Shown: piece by piece, positions 30,919 to 45,560 of the stretch
How positions within the stretch are numbered: position 1 is the first letter of the stretch
How the letters are laid out: each line of letters starts with the position of its first letter
Assembly: GCF_009914755.1 (NCBI RefSeq)
Contig: NC_060932.1
Source: the human T2T-CHM13v2.0 reference genome, Homo sapiens
DNA length: 64,000 nt
Reading direction: 5' to 3' (one strand)
Program-made: the position numbers and the translations under genes
Notes under the pieces: generated by a model
The model's database searches: none
Seen by the model: the letters and a program-made list of their open reading frames with translations, nothing else
What the model was told of the DNA's origin: nothing

Positions 30919-31692
30919 TAATAAATGTGTTTAGTGAAATCACTTAATAGGTATTTATTCAATGCACAGCATTGGGTTTGACATTATGGAATATGCGTAA
31001 GAGGTATAAGATATCGTCACCGTCTTGAAATAACAAACATTACATTGCTATGGAAAAATGAGAATCAAGATATGTGCTACTGATTGGAACTGAAAATCAC
31101 AGGTATTTAGTAAATGCGAAGATGGCTGCTGGCTTGAGAAGCCCTATATGGGTCCTTTGTTTATACATGGTTTAATTCATTTTGCAAGTTTTTTAGCATG
31201 CTCTTTGATAATAAAGTTCAATTCCATTTTTGCCTAATTTTGAGTTAGTTGTAACAGAAACATGCCACAGCCAAATGTTCAAGCCTAGAGTGTTGGAGTC
31301 AGCAGCTACTCAAAGTCCTCAGCAGGTTTCACACAGTTCAGTCTGACTGCGGCATTTTAGCCTGGAGCCAGGTGGAGGAGCTCTTTCTGTGGGCAGATTT
31401 GGGACATTTCATCCTGGCTGGCTTGCAGATTTACCCCATCCTCACATTGTATGTAACTCTGTTTAGTGTCTTGTAATCCCCAAGGCCAAGACTCCTGTTT
31501 GTACGAGCAGGGAGACGGATAGACAATCCAATATTCTCCCTGCCAAATAGGGAATGCCTGGGCAAAACCCAAGGCATAGATAGAGGGTAGGTGGGTTTTT
31601 AATACTGAATATGAGCCAGTGAGGACATGAAGGCCCATTTATAGTTTGGGTTTAATATTTGGCTAGCACTTTAAAGATTACTGAGTATTTTC

Positions 31693-32066
<374 letters not shown>

Positions 32067-32350
32067 CTAATGGCCAGGGGCTAGAGGTGACACCCATTAT
32101 GCACCAGGAATATTCATTCTCACAGCAGTCATGGAAGCCAGTTATTCTCATTATCTCCATTTCACAAGTGTCAAACAAAACTATCACAGCTTTGTTTTAG
32201 CTATAGTCATACATGGCACAACCTGTATTTCAATGAAGCTTTCTGGTCTAAATTGTATGTTGTTTGTATGACTTATTTTGTGAAGAACAAGAGAACTTTG
32301 AATGACATGCTTTTTATGCAATAGAATATTTACTTGATATGAAACATTGA

Positions 32351-32635
<285 letters not shown>

Positions 32636-33123
32636 TAATTCACTAATTCCTCAAACTCATTTTCTTAACAAAGTCAAATATGATGCTGGATTTTCCACAA
32701 AGATCTTGAAAAAAGTTTTTGATTGTTTTTCTTTTAATTGGTCTTTCACAATAATCACCTGTTACTACCGACCTCAGACAAAGCATAGTGGGACAATGTA
32801 ATATTTCAAATCCTTCCCTTTTCTAATATGAGTAGCTTGGAAAAAGCATTTTTTCGCTGGTTGTGTGAGCCTAATTTGGGAGAGTTGTTCTGTATATGGA
32901 TTGTGTAACACAGATAGCTGGTAAGAAAATTGTGCCTATACAGGATTAACATTGTTTTCAACTATCTGTTTCTGTCACTGGTTTATTGGGTAGTGAATAG
33001 GAGTTCTTTTGGCTCTTTTTTCTCTCTTTTCTTTTCATTGTCTATGTTCCAACCTAATTGGACTAATGTTCCTTGCCTACCTCGGAGACAAGGCTTGTGG
33101 TTTTTACTCTCTTGGATACCTTC

Positions 33124-33545
33124 TGTATTAGTTTTGTAGGGCTGCTGTAACAGATTACTACAAACTGGGCAGCTTAAAAAACAGAAATTTATTATCACAC
33201 AGTTCTGGAGGCCAAAAATCTGAAACCAAGGTGTGGGCTGTGTTGGCTCCTTCTGAAGGCTGTGGAGGAAGGATCCGTGCCAGGCGTGGCTCCTTGACGC
33301 GTAAACGGCCATCTTCTCCCTGTGTCTCTGCACGTCATCTTCCCTCCATATGTGTCTTGTGTCCAAAGTTTCCCTTCTTATGAGGACATTTTATAGGGTG
33401 GCTTAAGGTCACGCCCTAATGACCTCATTTTAACTTGATTACCTTTGTAAAGACCCTATCTCCAAATAAAGTCACATTCTGAGGTACTAGGGATCACTTT
33501 TCAAACATATGAATTTTATTGGGAGACCTAGTTCAACCCAAAATA
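33124..33545 (-). mobile_element. MLT1 (B/C-like) MaLR LTR
   Basis: tgtattagtttt...gggctgctgtaacagattactacaaactggg...cacagttctggaggcc...gacctcattttaacttgattacc...ttcaaccca. Confidence 0.88.
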
Positions 33546-34775
33546 CTTTCCCTCCAAACTCTGTTATTGTCTTCCTACTAGACTTCCAAATGATGTCTCC
33601 TCACGTGAACTTCCTTAATTCAAACTACTTTTTGTTCCTTGAATCCATGTATCACCTGATACCTCACTGAGGACTGTCATAACCAGCCACATAAGCTGTG
33701 TATACAACTTCAACATATTTTTCATTTATATTAATTGAAAGCAGAAACTATCTTCTTCACTCATTTATTATGCAGTGTTTTGCAATGAAAAGATATTGAT
33801 TAAATAGTAATCAAAGTTCTCATCAGAGTATAACTAGCTACAAACTAGGAGCTAACATTAAAAATATACTTTTATCAAACACATGGGGGAAAGAGGAAGA
33901 TTTTACATAATCCTCACCGCAAGCCTCGGTGGCAGGTTCTGATAGGAATTCCATTTTACATATCAGGAAGCTGAAGCCCAGAGGGCTGATATCATTTACC
34001 TATGAGACCAGGTGGTCTGGCTTCCCAGTTTGTCTCTTAACCACTCTACTATTCCAATTTCTATGTTTCCAAAAAGGATCTTAATGAACACATAAGAATT
34101 ATTCTAGAGATTTAATAATAGATCAGACAGATTAACCACTTTTATCACTTCATTTACTTTTCACTTCTAAGCATCCCAACCTGCTCTTTAATAGGAATCT
34201 GTAGAGTTTTTCCCAGTGGGAAATTACATGTCTAAAAATACTTTCTTACCTCAAGTTCTAGTTATCAGATAATTAAAATTACCCTGACAGTTTCCCTCTA
34301 GGCTAAGATAGAAATTTTAAATGTAAATTTAAAGTTAAGGACGTCCTTTTTACTTATTCTGAGAGGAAAGAAAATACTTTATCTCCTGCACTATTTCTGA
34401 AATTTGTCCCTGTTCACACACAAACATATTGAACCTTTCTTTCCTTGGGCATTCATCATTATCAAGCACTTCCCTGTGCTAAAAGCTCTGAGGTGGAGAC
34501 AGACAAGTTTCCTGTCCTCCCTAAGGAAGCTCAGAGTGTAACCAATAAGTTATGATTTAAGCCACCAGAAAGGGACAGAAATCACAGAACAGTATTTTGT
34601 CTCTATTAGCAAGTTATCTAATTACTGGCATGTATCATGAAACAGATTATAAAGAATTTTAAGTTTGGCATGACTCCTAGTTTTATAGCTAACTGCCCTT
34701 AAAAAATCATTTAGGATTAGATTATATGATACAAGAAAATTTGAAATATAATTGAATCAAAAATATGCCATCTTT

Positions 34776-35378
<603 letters not shown>

Positions 35379-36126
35379 TGATATTAGTCCTATAGGAGAT
35401 AACTTTAAGGTTTTAATTTCGTAGATCCATATGAATTTTTATTTTTACCTTTTATCAGTCACTCTCTGTGGCCACACATACTGCATTTCAGTTTTATGAG
35501 CTTGATAGTCTATTTCCCAATCCCATTTTAAAGGGAGTGAGTTAAAAAGCAATGAAATAAGCAAACTAATTGTAATCTTCAGATATGCTCCATTATCTCT
35601 GTATGGTTCTATGAAGGATTATAGGTACACAGGAAATATACTGGAAGTATTAGGCATGGTTGATGGGGATGGGCAGGTGTGGAGTTTGAAGCATTTAAGA
35701 CAGCAGGTTCACCTGAGCTAGCTTTATATGTGGATGTTGAGGATTGAGGGTAATGAGAGAAACAGATTGATATAATTATCTTATAAATATATTATCTTGT
35801 GTGTGTTAAGAACAAAGACCTTTCATTCCAATTAGGGAAAATCTTAATTTTTGATTATGCAGTTTATGTCAACTCTTCAACCACTGGAGGAACATCATTT
35901 GAAAGAGTCTTTAACAAGTATCTTTTCTGGGAGGCACTCCGCCTTCAGAAGAAATAGTAACATCCCAGGAGCTATGAAATCTTTTGGAACTCTTTCTCTG
36001 AACATGAGAACTGTGCATGGAATAACAGCTTGTGTTTAATTTTTACATTTTATTGAATATTACAATATTTTGGTACGTTAAACATAAGATGAGTGATTTT
36101 GGTTTTTGGTTTTGTTTTTGTTTTGA

Positions 36127-36285
<159 letters not shown>

Positions 36286-36897
36286 TAAAAGGAGCTCAGA
36301 GTTAGAACAGAAAGGCCTCAATCTGTCCTTCCACCTCCTTTACCTCAATTTCTGACATTTAAACTAGGAATCAACATTCCTTCAGCCAACTAACCTAAAG
36401 GATTTTTGTGAATATCAAGTATTTTACAGTCCTGGGAAAATTACTGTTATACACATAGGAGTTACCCTTTTTAGTATTTTTTTTTGTTTTTTTGTTTTCA
36501 GAAAGCTTTATGATATTTCTTGCTCAATATTATTTCTAATTTTAAAAAGCACAAGATATTGCCTTGGATGCTAATTTTGTTGTTTTACATTAACAAAATT
36601 TATAGCCATAACCAAAATTTGTAGTAGAAGATTTTACCACTTTGAAAAGGATTCCAATAACTTATACAGTAAATTTATATTTTGTGTTAATATATGGTAA
36701 GATAGTAAGAAATGTCATTGCAAATGTTATCAGGTGCATTTATTTCAATATTTTATGTAAAGATCGATTTCACAAGCATCATGGGGTTTCAAAAATAATT
36801 GTTGCTTTAAGAAAAAATATTTTATAAGATTTACTTTTAGAAATACGTATCATGTACTATGAGAAATATGTAACTCGGAAATCTCTACTATTGATAG

Positions 36898-36996
<99 letters not shown>

Positions 36997-37591
36997 TGAA
37001 AAATTAACTAGTAGAAGCAATTGAGAAAAACAAGGTGGTAGACAATATAGTCATGAAGCAAGCAGATTGCATAAGAGGAACAATTCCAGTTACTCATGTT
37101 TCATAATTCACCAAACACTACTTCTATTCTGATAATTTTTGAATATGTAAAAAAGTCAGCATAGGAATTTTTACATGTCTGTTTCTTTGAAAGTTTAAAA
37201 TGTTTAATGCCTATAGGGGCCAGGCTGAGCAAAAATAAGTTAATTGAAGATACATAAACATGAAGTTGATTTTGCTGAAACCAAGCGTAATGTCTTCTTG
37301 GCTGTTTCCCAGTGGTGAGGAAAGGGTGTGGGGAATGAGAGTTGATGAATGGAAAGGATGGAGCTGCCACTCTGACAAGTAACTAGTTTGGGATAATGAA
37401 AGTAGAGTTTTCATCTAAATTTGCTTCGTTTAAACATTTATAAGAAAATAACATGAAGGTTTGACTTTTTACATTTAACGGATTTTCTGATGGTGTGGCA
37501 AAAGAAATGACCACCATGTCAATAGTCTAGGACAACAGTGACAGAAGAAGGTTTTGAAGCCTAAAGGCTTCATTGTTTAGGAATTATTTGA

Positions 37592-37810
<219 letters not shown>

Positions 37811-38444
37811 TAAAACCAAAAGTTTGGTAATGCCTGATTATTTTTTGCAGTGTTTCCTTTTGTGAAGAAAATAAAAGTACTGAAAATGGTGAGGGAGGAA
37901 GAGGGCAAGAAGGAATAAGATTATAGGGTCTTGTGTCCCAAGGTTATAAACATCATGGAGAATATTCTCAGTGAATAAAATAAGGGCTCAAAGTTATGAA
38001 GACAAATAGAACGTGAAGAGAATTTAAGACTCTATAAAAGGAGACAATATCATAAACAAATTCTGAAGGATTTACAAAAAGGCATGAAGCAAAAGTTTAT
38101 CCACAAAAAAAAAATCAGTTGTGAAGCTGTATGAGAATCAAAATAATCACATAGGTTGCATCATTGATTTTTAAGTTTTTATATCAGAAGTGTTTGTCTA
38201 AGTTGATTGCTATTAACTACCATAACATTATTTACATGACATTCTATAATTGGTAAAACCTGTAAATTGGAGATATATGACTTTGAGACGACTTCATTGA
38301 GATAGATTGCATGTTGTTTAGAATCAGTGTGATTAAGTGAAAATTCTGAGAGTTTCAAAAATGATTATGGTGGAAAAGATAAAATGAGAATTCACCTAGT
38401 TGTAAAAATATATAACTCAGAAATTTTCTTCCCAGTGATTAGAA

Positions 38445-38613
38445 CAGTGGTTGGCAACATCTGGAGGTATTGGTTGTCACAATTGTGGGTGTGCTACTGA
38501 CCTCTAGATAGAGGCCAGGGATGCTGCTGAACATTCTAGAATGTATGAGACAGTTCCTTACAAGGAAGAATTCTCTGATACAAAATGTTAATAGTGCTAA
38601 GGTCGAGAAACCC
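38445..38613. mobile_element. MER20 hAT DNA transposon
   Basis: ggcaacatctggag...ttggttgtcacaa...gtgctactg...tagaggccagggatgctgctgaacat...aatagtgctaaggtcgagaaaccc. Confidence 0.85.
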
Positions 38614-39412
38614 ACACAATAAATACTATTCCTGTGTTTACATTTTTATTCTTCAGTCATTTGTTTGTCAGTTGGTTGTGGTCAATAGTATTCAATGGTA
38701 TTTAACAGAATTACAGTGTAACTGCAGTTATTACCTTAAGTGGGGTAAATTAAAGAGAGCTGTAAATTTTGCTGACAAAAGACAACCCCTTATATCAAAT
38801 GGAGTCTGAGTTAGTCACTTAACTCTTTTAGGCTTCAACTTCCACATTTATTAAATGACAGAGATGGCTTAAATGTTCTGTGATTACTAAGTCTTCTGCA
38901 TAGACTTATACTCAAATATAACAACTTATGTTTAGAGATTAGTAGAAAGGAAATTTGTACAGATATGGAATACTTCCCCAAATAAATCATAGTGATTCTA
39001 TCTTGCGATAAAATCGTGTATTTGACAGCTGGTTTTCTTGGCTATATTTTTATTTTATGGCCTAATGTAATGTTTATCTGTGATACTTTATAACATAATA
39101 TTTAATGAAAAGTCTGAATTTAAAATTCCCCAAAATATGAATAGCATAAATGTTAAATGCATTTTTGAAAAACTATTATGTTTTAGAAATTTAAGTATAT
39201 ACTTTACTGAGTAAAAGACATTTCTGCTGAATAGATGCCAGTATTATGACACTACTAGAAACTATAATTCTGCAGTTGTTCTCATCATCTTTGAGATTTT
39301 ATATTTGTTTTAAGGTAAATGCATATTGGCTAGGAATGGAGAAATCCTTAAATCATCTCCCCCACTTTTTTGTTTTGAACAATTTTATCTTTCAGATAGA
39401 AATTTCTAATGC

Positions 39413-41353
39413 TCTCATTAGATTCAAAGAACTTCTTGGCTTCTGCGTTAATTTTACTATTTATCCAAAAGTTATTCAAGGGCAGGTTATTCAATATCCA
39501 TGTAATTGTATGGTTTTGAGTGAATTTCTTAATCTTTATTTCTAATTTGATTGTGTTATTGTCTGAGAGAGTGGTTGTTATGATTTCACTTCTTTTGCAT
39601 TTGCTGAGAAGCGTTTTATGTCTGATTATGTCATCGATTTTAGTGTATGTGCCATGTGGTGATGGGAAGAATGTATATTCTGTTGTATTGGGATAGAGAT
39701 ATCTGTAGATGTCTATCAGGACCATTTGATCAGTGCTGAGTTCAGGTCCTGAATATCTTTGTTAATCTTCTGCCTTGATGATCTGTCTAATACTGACAGT
39801 GGGTTGTTGAAGTCTCCAACTATTATTGTGTGGGAGTCTAAGACTCTCTGAAGTTCTCTAAGAACTTGCTTTATAAATCTGGGAAATTAATGAGAGCAAA
39901 GGTAAAGCATACCAGACTCTCTGGGACACAGCTAAGGCAATGTTAAGAGGAAAATTTGTCGCACTAAATGCCCATATCCAAAAGTTAGAAAGATCTTGAT
40001 TTATAAACCTAACACCACAACCAAAAGAACTATAGAAGCAAGAGAAAATCAAACCCAAAGGTGCCAGAGGACAAGAAATAACTAAAATCAGAGCTGAACT
40101 GAAAGAGATTGAGATACAAAAAACCATTTAAAAGATCAATGAATCTAGGAGTTGATTTTTGAAAAAATTAATAAAGTAGATAGACCACTAGCTGGGCTAG
40201 TAAAGAAGAAAAGAGAGAAGATCCAAACAAACACATTAGAAATGACAAAGGAGATATTACCACTGACCCCACAGAAATACACATAACTATCATGTTATGT
40301 GCATTTACACATAAATACCATAACTATGGACACCTCTATGCACATAAACTACAAAATCTAAAAGAAATGGATAAATTCCTGGACACATGCACCCTCCCAA
40401 GACTGAACCAGAAAGAAATTGAATCCCTGAACAGACCTCCATAACAAGCTCCAAAGTTGAATCAGTAATAAATAGCCTGCCAACCAAAAAAAAAAGCCTG
40501 GAACCAGAGAGATTAACAGCCAAATTCTACCAGATGTACACAGAAGAGCTGGTACAGTTTCTATCAAAACTATTTCAAAGAATTGAGGAGGAGGGACTCC
40601 TCCCTAACTTATTCTAGGAGGCCAGCACTATCCTGATACCAAAAACTGGCAGAGATACAACAACAAAAAGAAAACTTCAGGCCAGTATTCTTTATGAACA
40701 TCAATGCAGAAATCTTCAACAAAATCCTGGCAAACCAAATCCAGCATCACATCAAAAAGCTTACCTACCATGATCAAGTAGTCTTTATCCTTGGGACGCA
40801 AAGTTGGTTCAACATACTCAAATCAACAAATGTGGTTCATCATATAAACAAAGGAATATAAATCATTCTATCATAAAGATATGTGCACACGTATGTTCGT
40901 TGCAGGACTGCTCACAATACCAAAGACATGAAATCAGCTCAAATGCCCATCAGTGGTAGACTGGATAAAGAAAATGTGGTACCTGTATTCCAGGGAATAC
41001 TATGCAGCCATAAAAAAGAATGAGCTAATGTCCTTTGCAGAAACATGAATGGAGCTGGAGTCCATTATCCTTAGCAAACTAACACAGGAAGAGAAAACCA
41101 AATACCACATGTTCTCATTTATAAGTGGAAGCTAAATGATGAGAACACATGGACACAAAGAGAGGAACAACACATACTGGGGCCTATCAGAAGGTGAAGG
41201 GTAGGAGGAGGGAGAGGATCAGAAAAAATACTTAATGGGTATTAGGCTTAATACCTGGGTGATGAAATAATCTGTACAACAAACCCCCATGACACAAGTG
41301 TACCTATATAAGAAACCTGCACATGTACCCTTGAACTTAAAAGTTTAAAAAAA
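39413..41353 (+). mobile_element. L1PA element, 5'-truncated, 5'-inverted and internally deleted
   Basis: 39413-39882 antisense ORF2 endonuclease region (ORF track: DIYRYLYPNTTEYTFFPSPHGTYTKIDDI); 39883-~40850 sense ORF2; ~40850-41353 ORF2 end, 3'UTR and A tail; atttctaatgc direct repeat at 39402 and 41357. Confidence 0.92.
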
Positions 41354-43542
41354 TATATTTCTAATGCAGGATAAAAAGTTTAATTTTTCAAAAAGTACTC
41401 ATTTTAAGAATCTTACATTTTCATTTCAAGACCTGCTTTTGTATTCTCTGTAACTCATGTCACAATAAGCAGCTATAGGAATGATAACTATATACATACT
41501 GATTGATGGATTGATTGATATGTGTTGTGAATTTGGGTGCCACTCTTGGTCATGGGAGTCCAATGGCTAGTTGAGTGTGGTTGGATGGGCTGAGAGTCTT
41601 ATAGTCAATGGTGTGGGGAGGGCTCTCTGTAGAATTTAGTTGCATCTCTGGTTGCAAATTTCAGTGAGTTTCAGTGAGCTGTTTGGGTAACAGCTGTGAT
41701 TGTCACCATGTTAAGTGAGTCTTTAAAAATGATTACATTTTGCTTCATCTCAATGGACTATGCAAGCGAGAGGGCATGCTACCATTTCCTGGTAATCTGT
41801 GTGATGTCCGGTCCTGTTAGGAGTTAAAAAAGCATTAGGATCATTGAAATCAGTTGCTTGTTATGTGGAGGCACTCTGAGTAACTTTGCTAGTTCAGCAT
41901 GAATTTATCCTATTCAACTTAAGTCATTTTCATTCTACTTCCTAGACTGTCTTTATATAGTGAATGACTTAATGAAAGGTTAGATCTTGGAACTTAATTT
42001 AACCTGGTGCTACCAGGCCAGAATTTCTTGGTTTATATAAGCAGCTGGGATGACCCCATTTCTAATGTTTTTCCTAGTCTCCGATTTCAAAATACCCCAT
42101 CTGTTATATACCACAGGTGATATCAAGGTGTCATAATTCTATGATCTTTATTTAGAACTGTTGCAGTGCTATTCAAAAATTGTATCATTATATACTCACC
42201 CATTCATAGCAGATTAAACTGTGTGTAGAAGAGAGCAGAGAAGATAGTGAATTAAGTGAGGACAGATTAATTATATGGTGTCCCTAAGACGATGCCTATC
42301 TCCTGCTTAACCTCTGAGGTAAGTTATGGCCTCATATTATCAGCTGAATGAAGAGATTTTTATTTGAGTAGCCCACCATCACCTTAAATTCAGATGTTTA
42401 TTAGTGAACACATTTTCAACTTTCTGTTCCCTATAAAGAAAAATGCTTTATTCTAAATCTCATATTTTTTTTAGCAACCTATATTTTAGAAAGTTTTTTC
42501 CCTGCATTTGTCCCAATATTCTAAAGAGTGTCTCTTCAGTTTTTCCCTTTTTCATCACACTTCAGTAATTACAATGATTTTTCTGGCTAACGTCCCTCTC
42601 CCTATCTTTTTATGATTCTTAAAACCATTACGAGATTCATCTTCCTAAAATATCGTGTTCATAATTTCACTACTGTGTCACAGAGTCTTGCGGTGATTTT
42701 CTATTAGGTAAGACTAAACACATTGATCTGTTAGAAGCCATTTTTCAGTGGGGCTTTCTAATCATATCCCAATCTCAGTCTCTTAATGATATAATAAAAT
42801 CTCTGTAGGCTAGATTGTTAGATAATTGTTATTCATTCTCTACTATATTCCTTTGCTAGCAAAATCTCTCAATCTTAGAATATGTATCTCTTTTCTTGAC
42901 AGTGATAATTTAAAGTTTTATGAAATATTTTCTAGTCTCATTTAGAATTCTATACCAACTTTGGCCAGATTCAGATTACAATAATAACAGTCTTCACCTG
43001 TATATAGGATTTTAAACAAATTTCAAAGACTTTTCACACATATTCTCACTTATATTTTACACAGACCTGTAAAATAGATAAGGCAGATGTTATCTTCATT
43101 TATGAATGAGTTAATTGAGACTCAAAGTAATTTAGCAATTTTCTAAAGCCACAAAGCTAGTATATAACAGCAGTCTTCTGACTCTTAGCTTATTGTACTT
43201 TGCTGCCTCTGAAATCCTTTTCTGCTTTCAGTCTCACTTGTAAAATGTGGTGCCCTTTGAAGTATTTCCTGCATTTCTTTTCAGTCAATTCTGTCTTTCT
43301 GACTCTACTGTGAATCTGTCTAGAATAGGATATAACTTAATCTTTTTTTTCCCATAATCTTGGGCATTTAGCAGGAACTTTGTAAGTTTTTAAATTTACC
43401 TATTGCACATAAACTATAATTATTTGTTAGTTGGAAACAAATGGACATGTAACTCATTGGACACCTAGCAATTCGTATGAAATTCATACACATTTATCAA
43501 ACATCTGTGATTGACCCTGTGTGGGTTGGAGTTGGAAGAAGA

Positions 43543-43640
43543 GTATATATATACACACACGTATGTGTGTGTGTATATATATGTGTGTAATATATATATA
43601 CATATATACGTGTGTGTGTATATATATATACACACATGTG
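43543..43640. repeat. Compound (TA)/(CA)/(TG) alternating purine-pyrimidine tract
   Basis: Directly visible; partially palindromic. Confidence 0.9.
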
Positions 43641-43899
43641 TAAACTTTGAAAGTTTAAATAACAGTAGCAAAAATATTGTTTGACAGTTTATTGCTAGTG
43701 ATTACAACAGTTGTAGCTTGCAGAACACCAAGCAGGCTAAAACAGCTAAGGATGACCTAAAAAGCTGCCAGGATTTGAATGGTGTTTCATTGACTGATAT
43801 AATTCAGAGACATTTCAGGATCTTGAACAATGGATAGAATTTGTGTAGGCAAACAGGCAAGCGTAGCATGTCAAGTGAATTGATTTTTATTATCTAATA

Positions 43900-43981
43900 T
43901 TAGGTTGGTGCAAAAGTAATTGCTGTTTTTGCCATCCATTGAAAGTAATGGCAAAACCACAACTACTTTTGCATGAACCTA
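43900..43981. mobile_element. Full-length MADE1 MITE (palindromic)
   Basis: ttaggttggtgcaaaagtaattgctgtttttgccat...atggcaaaaccacaactacttttgcatgaaccta; both TIRs present. Confidence 0.92.
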
Positions 43982-44079
43982 GTCCAATAAGATCATACTA
44001 ATTTTGACTACACAGTTAAAATATGGTATTTGTGACAGAAAGAGTGAACAATTAACTGATGTGTTTTCTTTCTCTGCAG

Positions 44080-44121
44080 AGGTAAAGTGTAGGCTACTCC
44101 TGGCTCTTCTTGAATATTCAG
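44080..44121 (+). CDS. PREX2: PREX2 small coding exon (~31)
   Basis: ttctttctctgcag|AG acceptor; (E)VKCRLLLALLEYS(D); donor G|GTAAC; 42 nt, phase 1 to 1. Confidence 0.88.
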
Positions 44122-45044
44122 GTAACATTTTGCATTTTATTTTTTTTTACTATTTAAGTGATTGTGGCCCAGGATCATAAAGGCCTTGAAATTTGAGGAC
44201 AACGCCTTCAACCATTTACAAAATAGAAATATGATCCCTACCTTCTCCAAAGCTTTGGAAAGATTAGAAAAAGTACTCACATCATTTTAATAAAAATGCA
44301 AATATATATATATACATATATATATATACACACATACTTGTATTCTCTTATAAGCAAAACCATGAAAACATATATGAATATAGATTTAAACAAAATATTA
44401 TTAAACAGGAGAAAGGGAGTAGGTTTTGCTAAAGTTAATTGTGTCTAAATTTTGTTTATGAGCAAGAATGAATGTATGTAAACATTTTACAAATCTTACA
44501 TTAAAACACTTTTACCATGCACTTAGTGGGAGCTCAAAAAATATTGGTAATGGAAAATGACACTAAAGGACAATTAAATATTTGATGAGATTCTAAATTG
44601 CAGATGATAGACTGTAAATGTCATAAAGGCAGGCACTATGTCTATTTTGTTCATCAGCAAATGCCTAAAATAGTGGCTGGCATATAGATATTCAACAAAT
44701 ATTTATGGCAAAAATGAATGAAAAATTATATGAATGAAAAAAGGAAAAATGTATGAAATATTTCAACAAGGTTTTCATTCAAAATGCATTTACAAGGAAA
44801 TAGATCGTAAAGATTGGGAAAACTCAACTACATGCCATTTAATTACAGTGAACAGTTTGATGTTAGCCTGCTGTGCGTCTCTTTCTGTAGATTCAGAGAT
44901 ATATAGATATGTTGAATGAGTTACTTTTATTATTTTAATCTATTTCCCATAAAGTATGTGTATGTGTATACACAGAAATTCTATTACATTAACTAGATGT
45001 TGATAGGGATTTGTTCCTAAAAAATATAACCTGAATGATTACTT

Positions 45045-45560
45045 GTGATAGCAGTTAGCTTTTGTTGTGTTTAAAAAAATTCCCCAAACTTTCTGGCATA
45101 AAACAATGACCATTTCTTATTGCTTACCTGTCTAGTGTCATCTGGCCATTTCTGGTGGTCTGTGCCAGGTTTTATTGATCTTGGCTGGGTTTGCACATGT
45201 GTCTGCAGTCAGGTGGTGGGTTGGCTAGGCACAGGTGATCTAGGGTGGCCTTGCTCACATATGTAACATTTGGCTGGCTGTTAGCTGAGGTAACAGGGCT
45301 GCCTGGACTGCCTGTCTCTCATCATCTATGAGGCTAGCCTGTTCTTGTTCACATGGTGGATTTGCAGGCTTCCAGGAAGACAGTGGGAATGTCGAAGAGC
45401 TTGCCACCTTCTACTGGCCCCAGCATGTAACTGGCAAGGCCAGACTTAAGGGGTAGAGACATAGATTCTACTTTTGAAGGAAAGGGTCTCAAAATTACAT
45501 TACAAGAGTGTGGATACAGGCAGGGAAAGAATTTGTGACCACTTTTCCAAAGTACCACAC
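45045..45560 (-). mobile_element. MLT1-type MaLR LTR (old)
   Basis: ccccaaactttctggcataaaacaatgaccatt...gctggctgttagctgagg...cttgttcacatggtgg...aaggccagactta; subfamily uncertain. Confidence 0.7.

Noticed and set aside
39348-39725. 125-aa ORF resembling an endonuclease
   Set aside because: Fragment of L1 ORF2p endonuclease region inside a truncated, inverted L1; not an independent gene.
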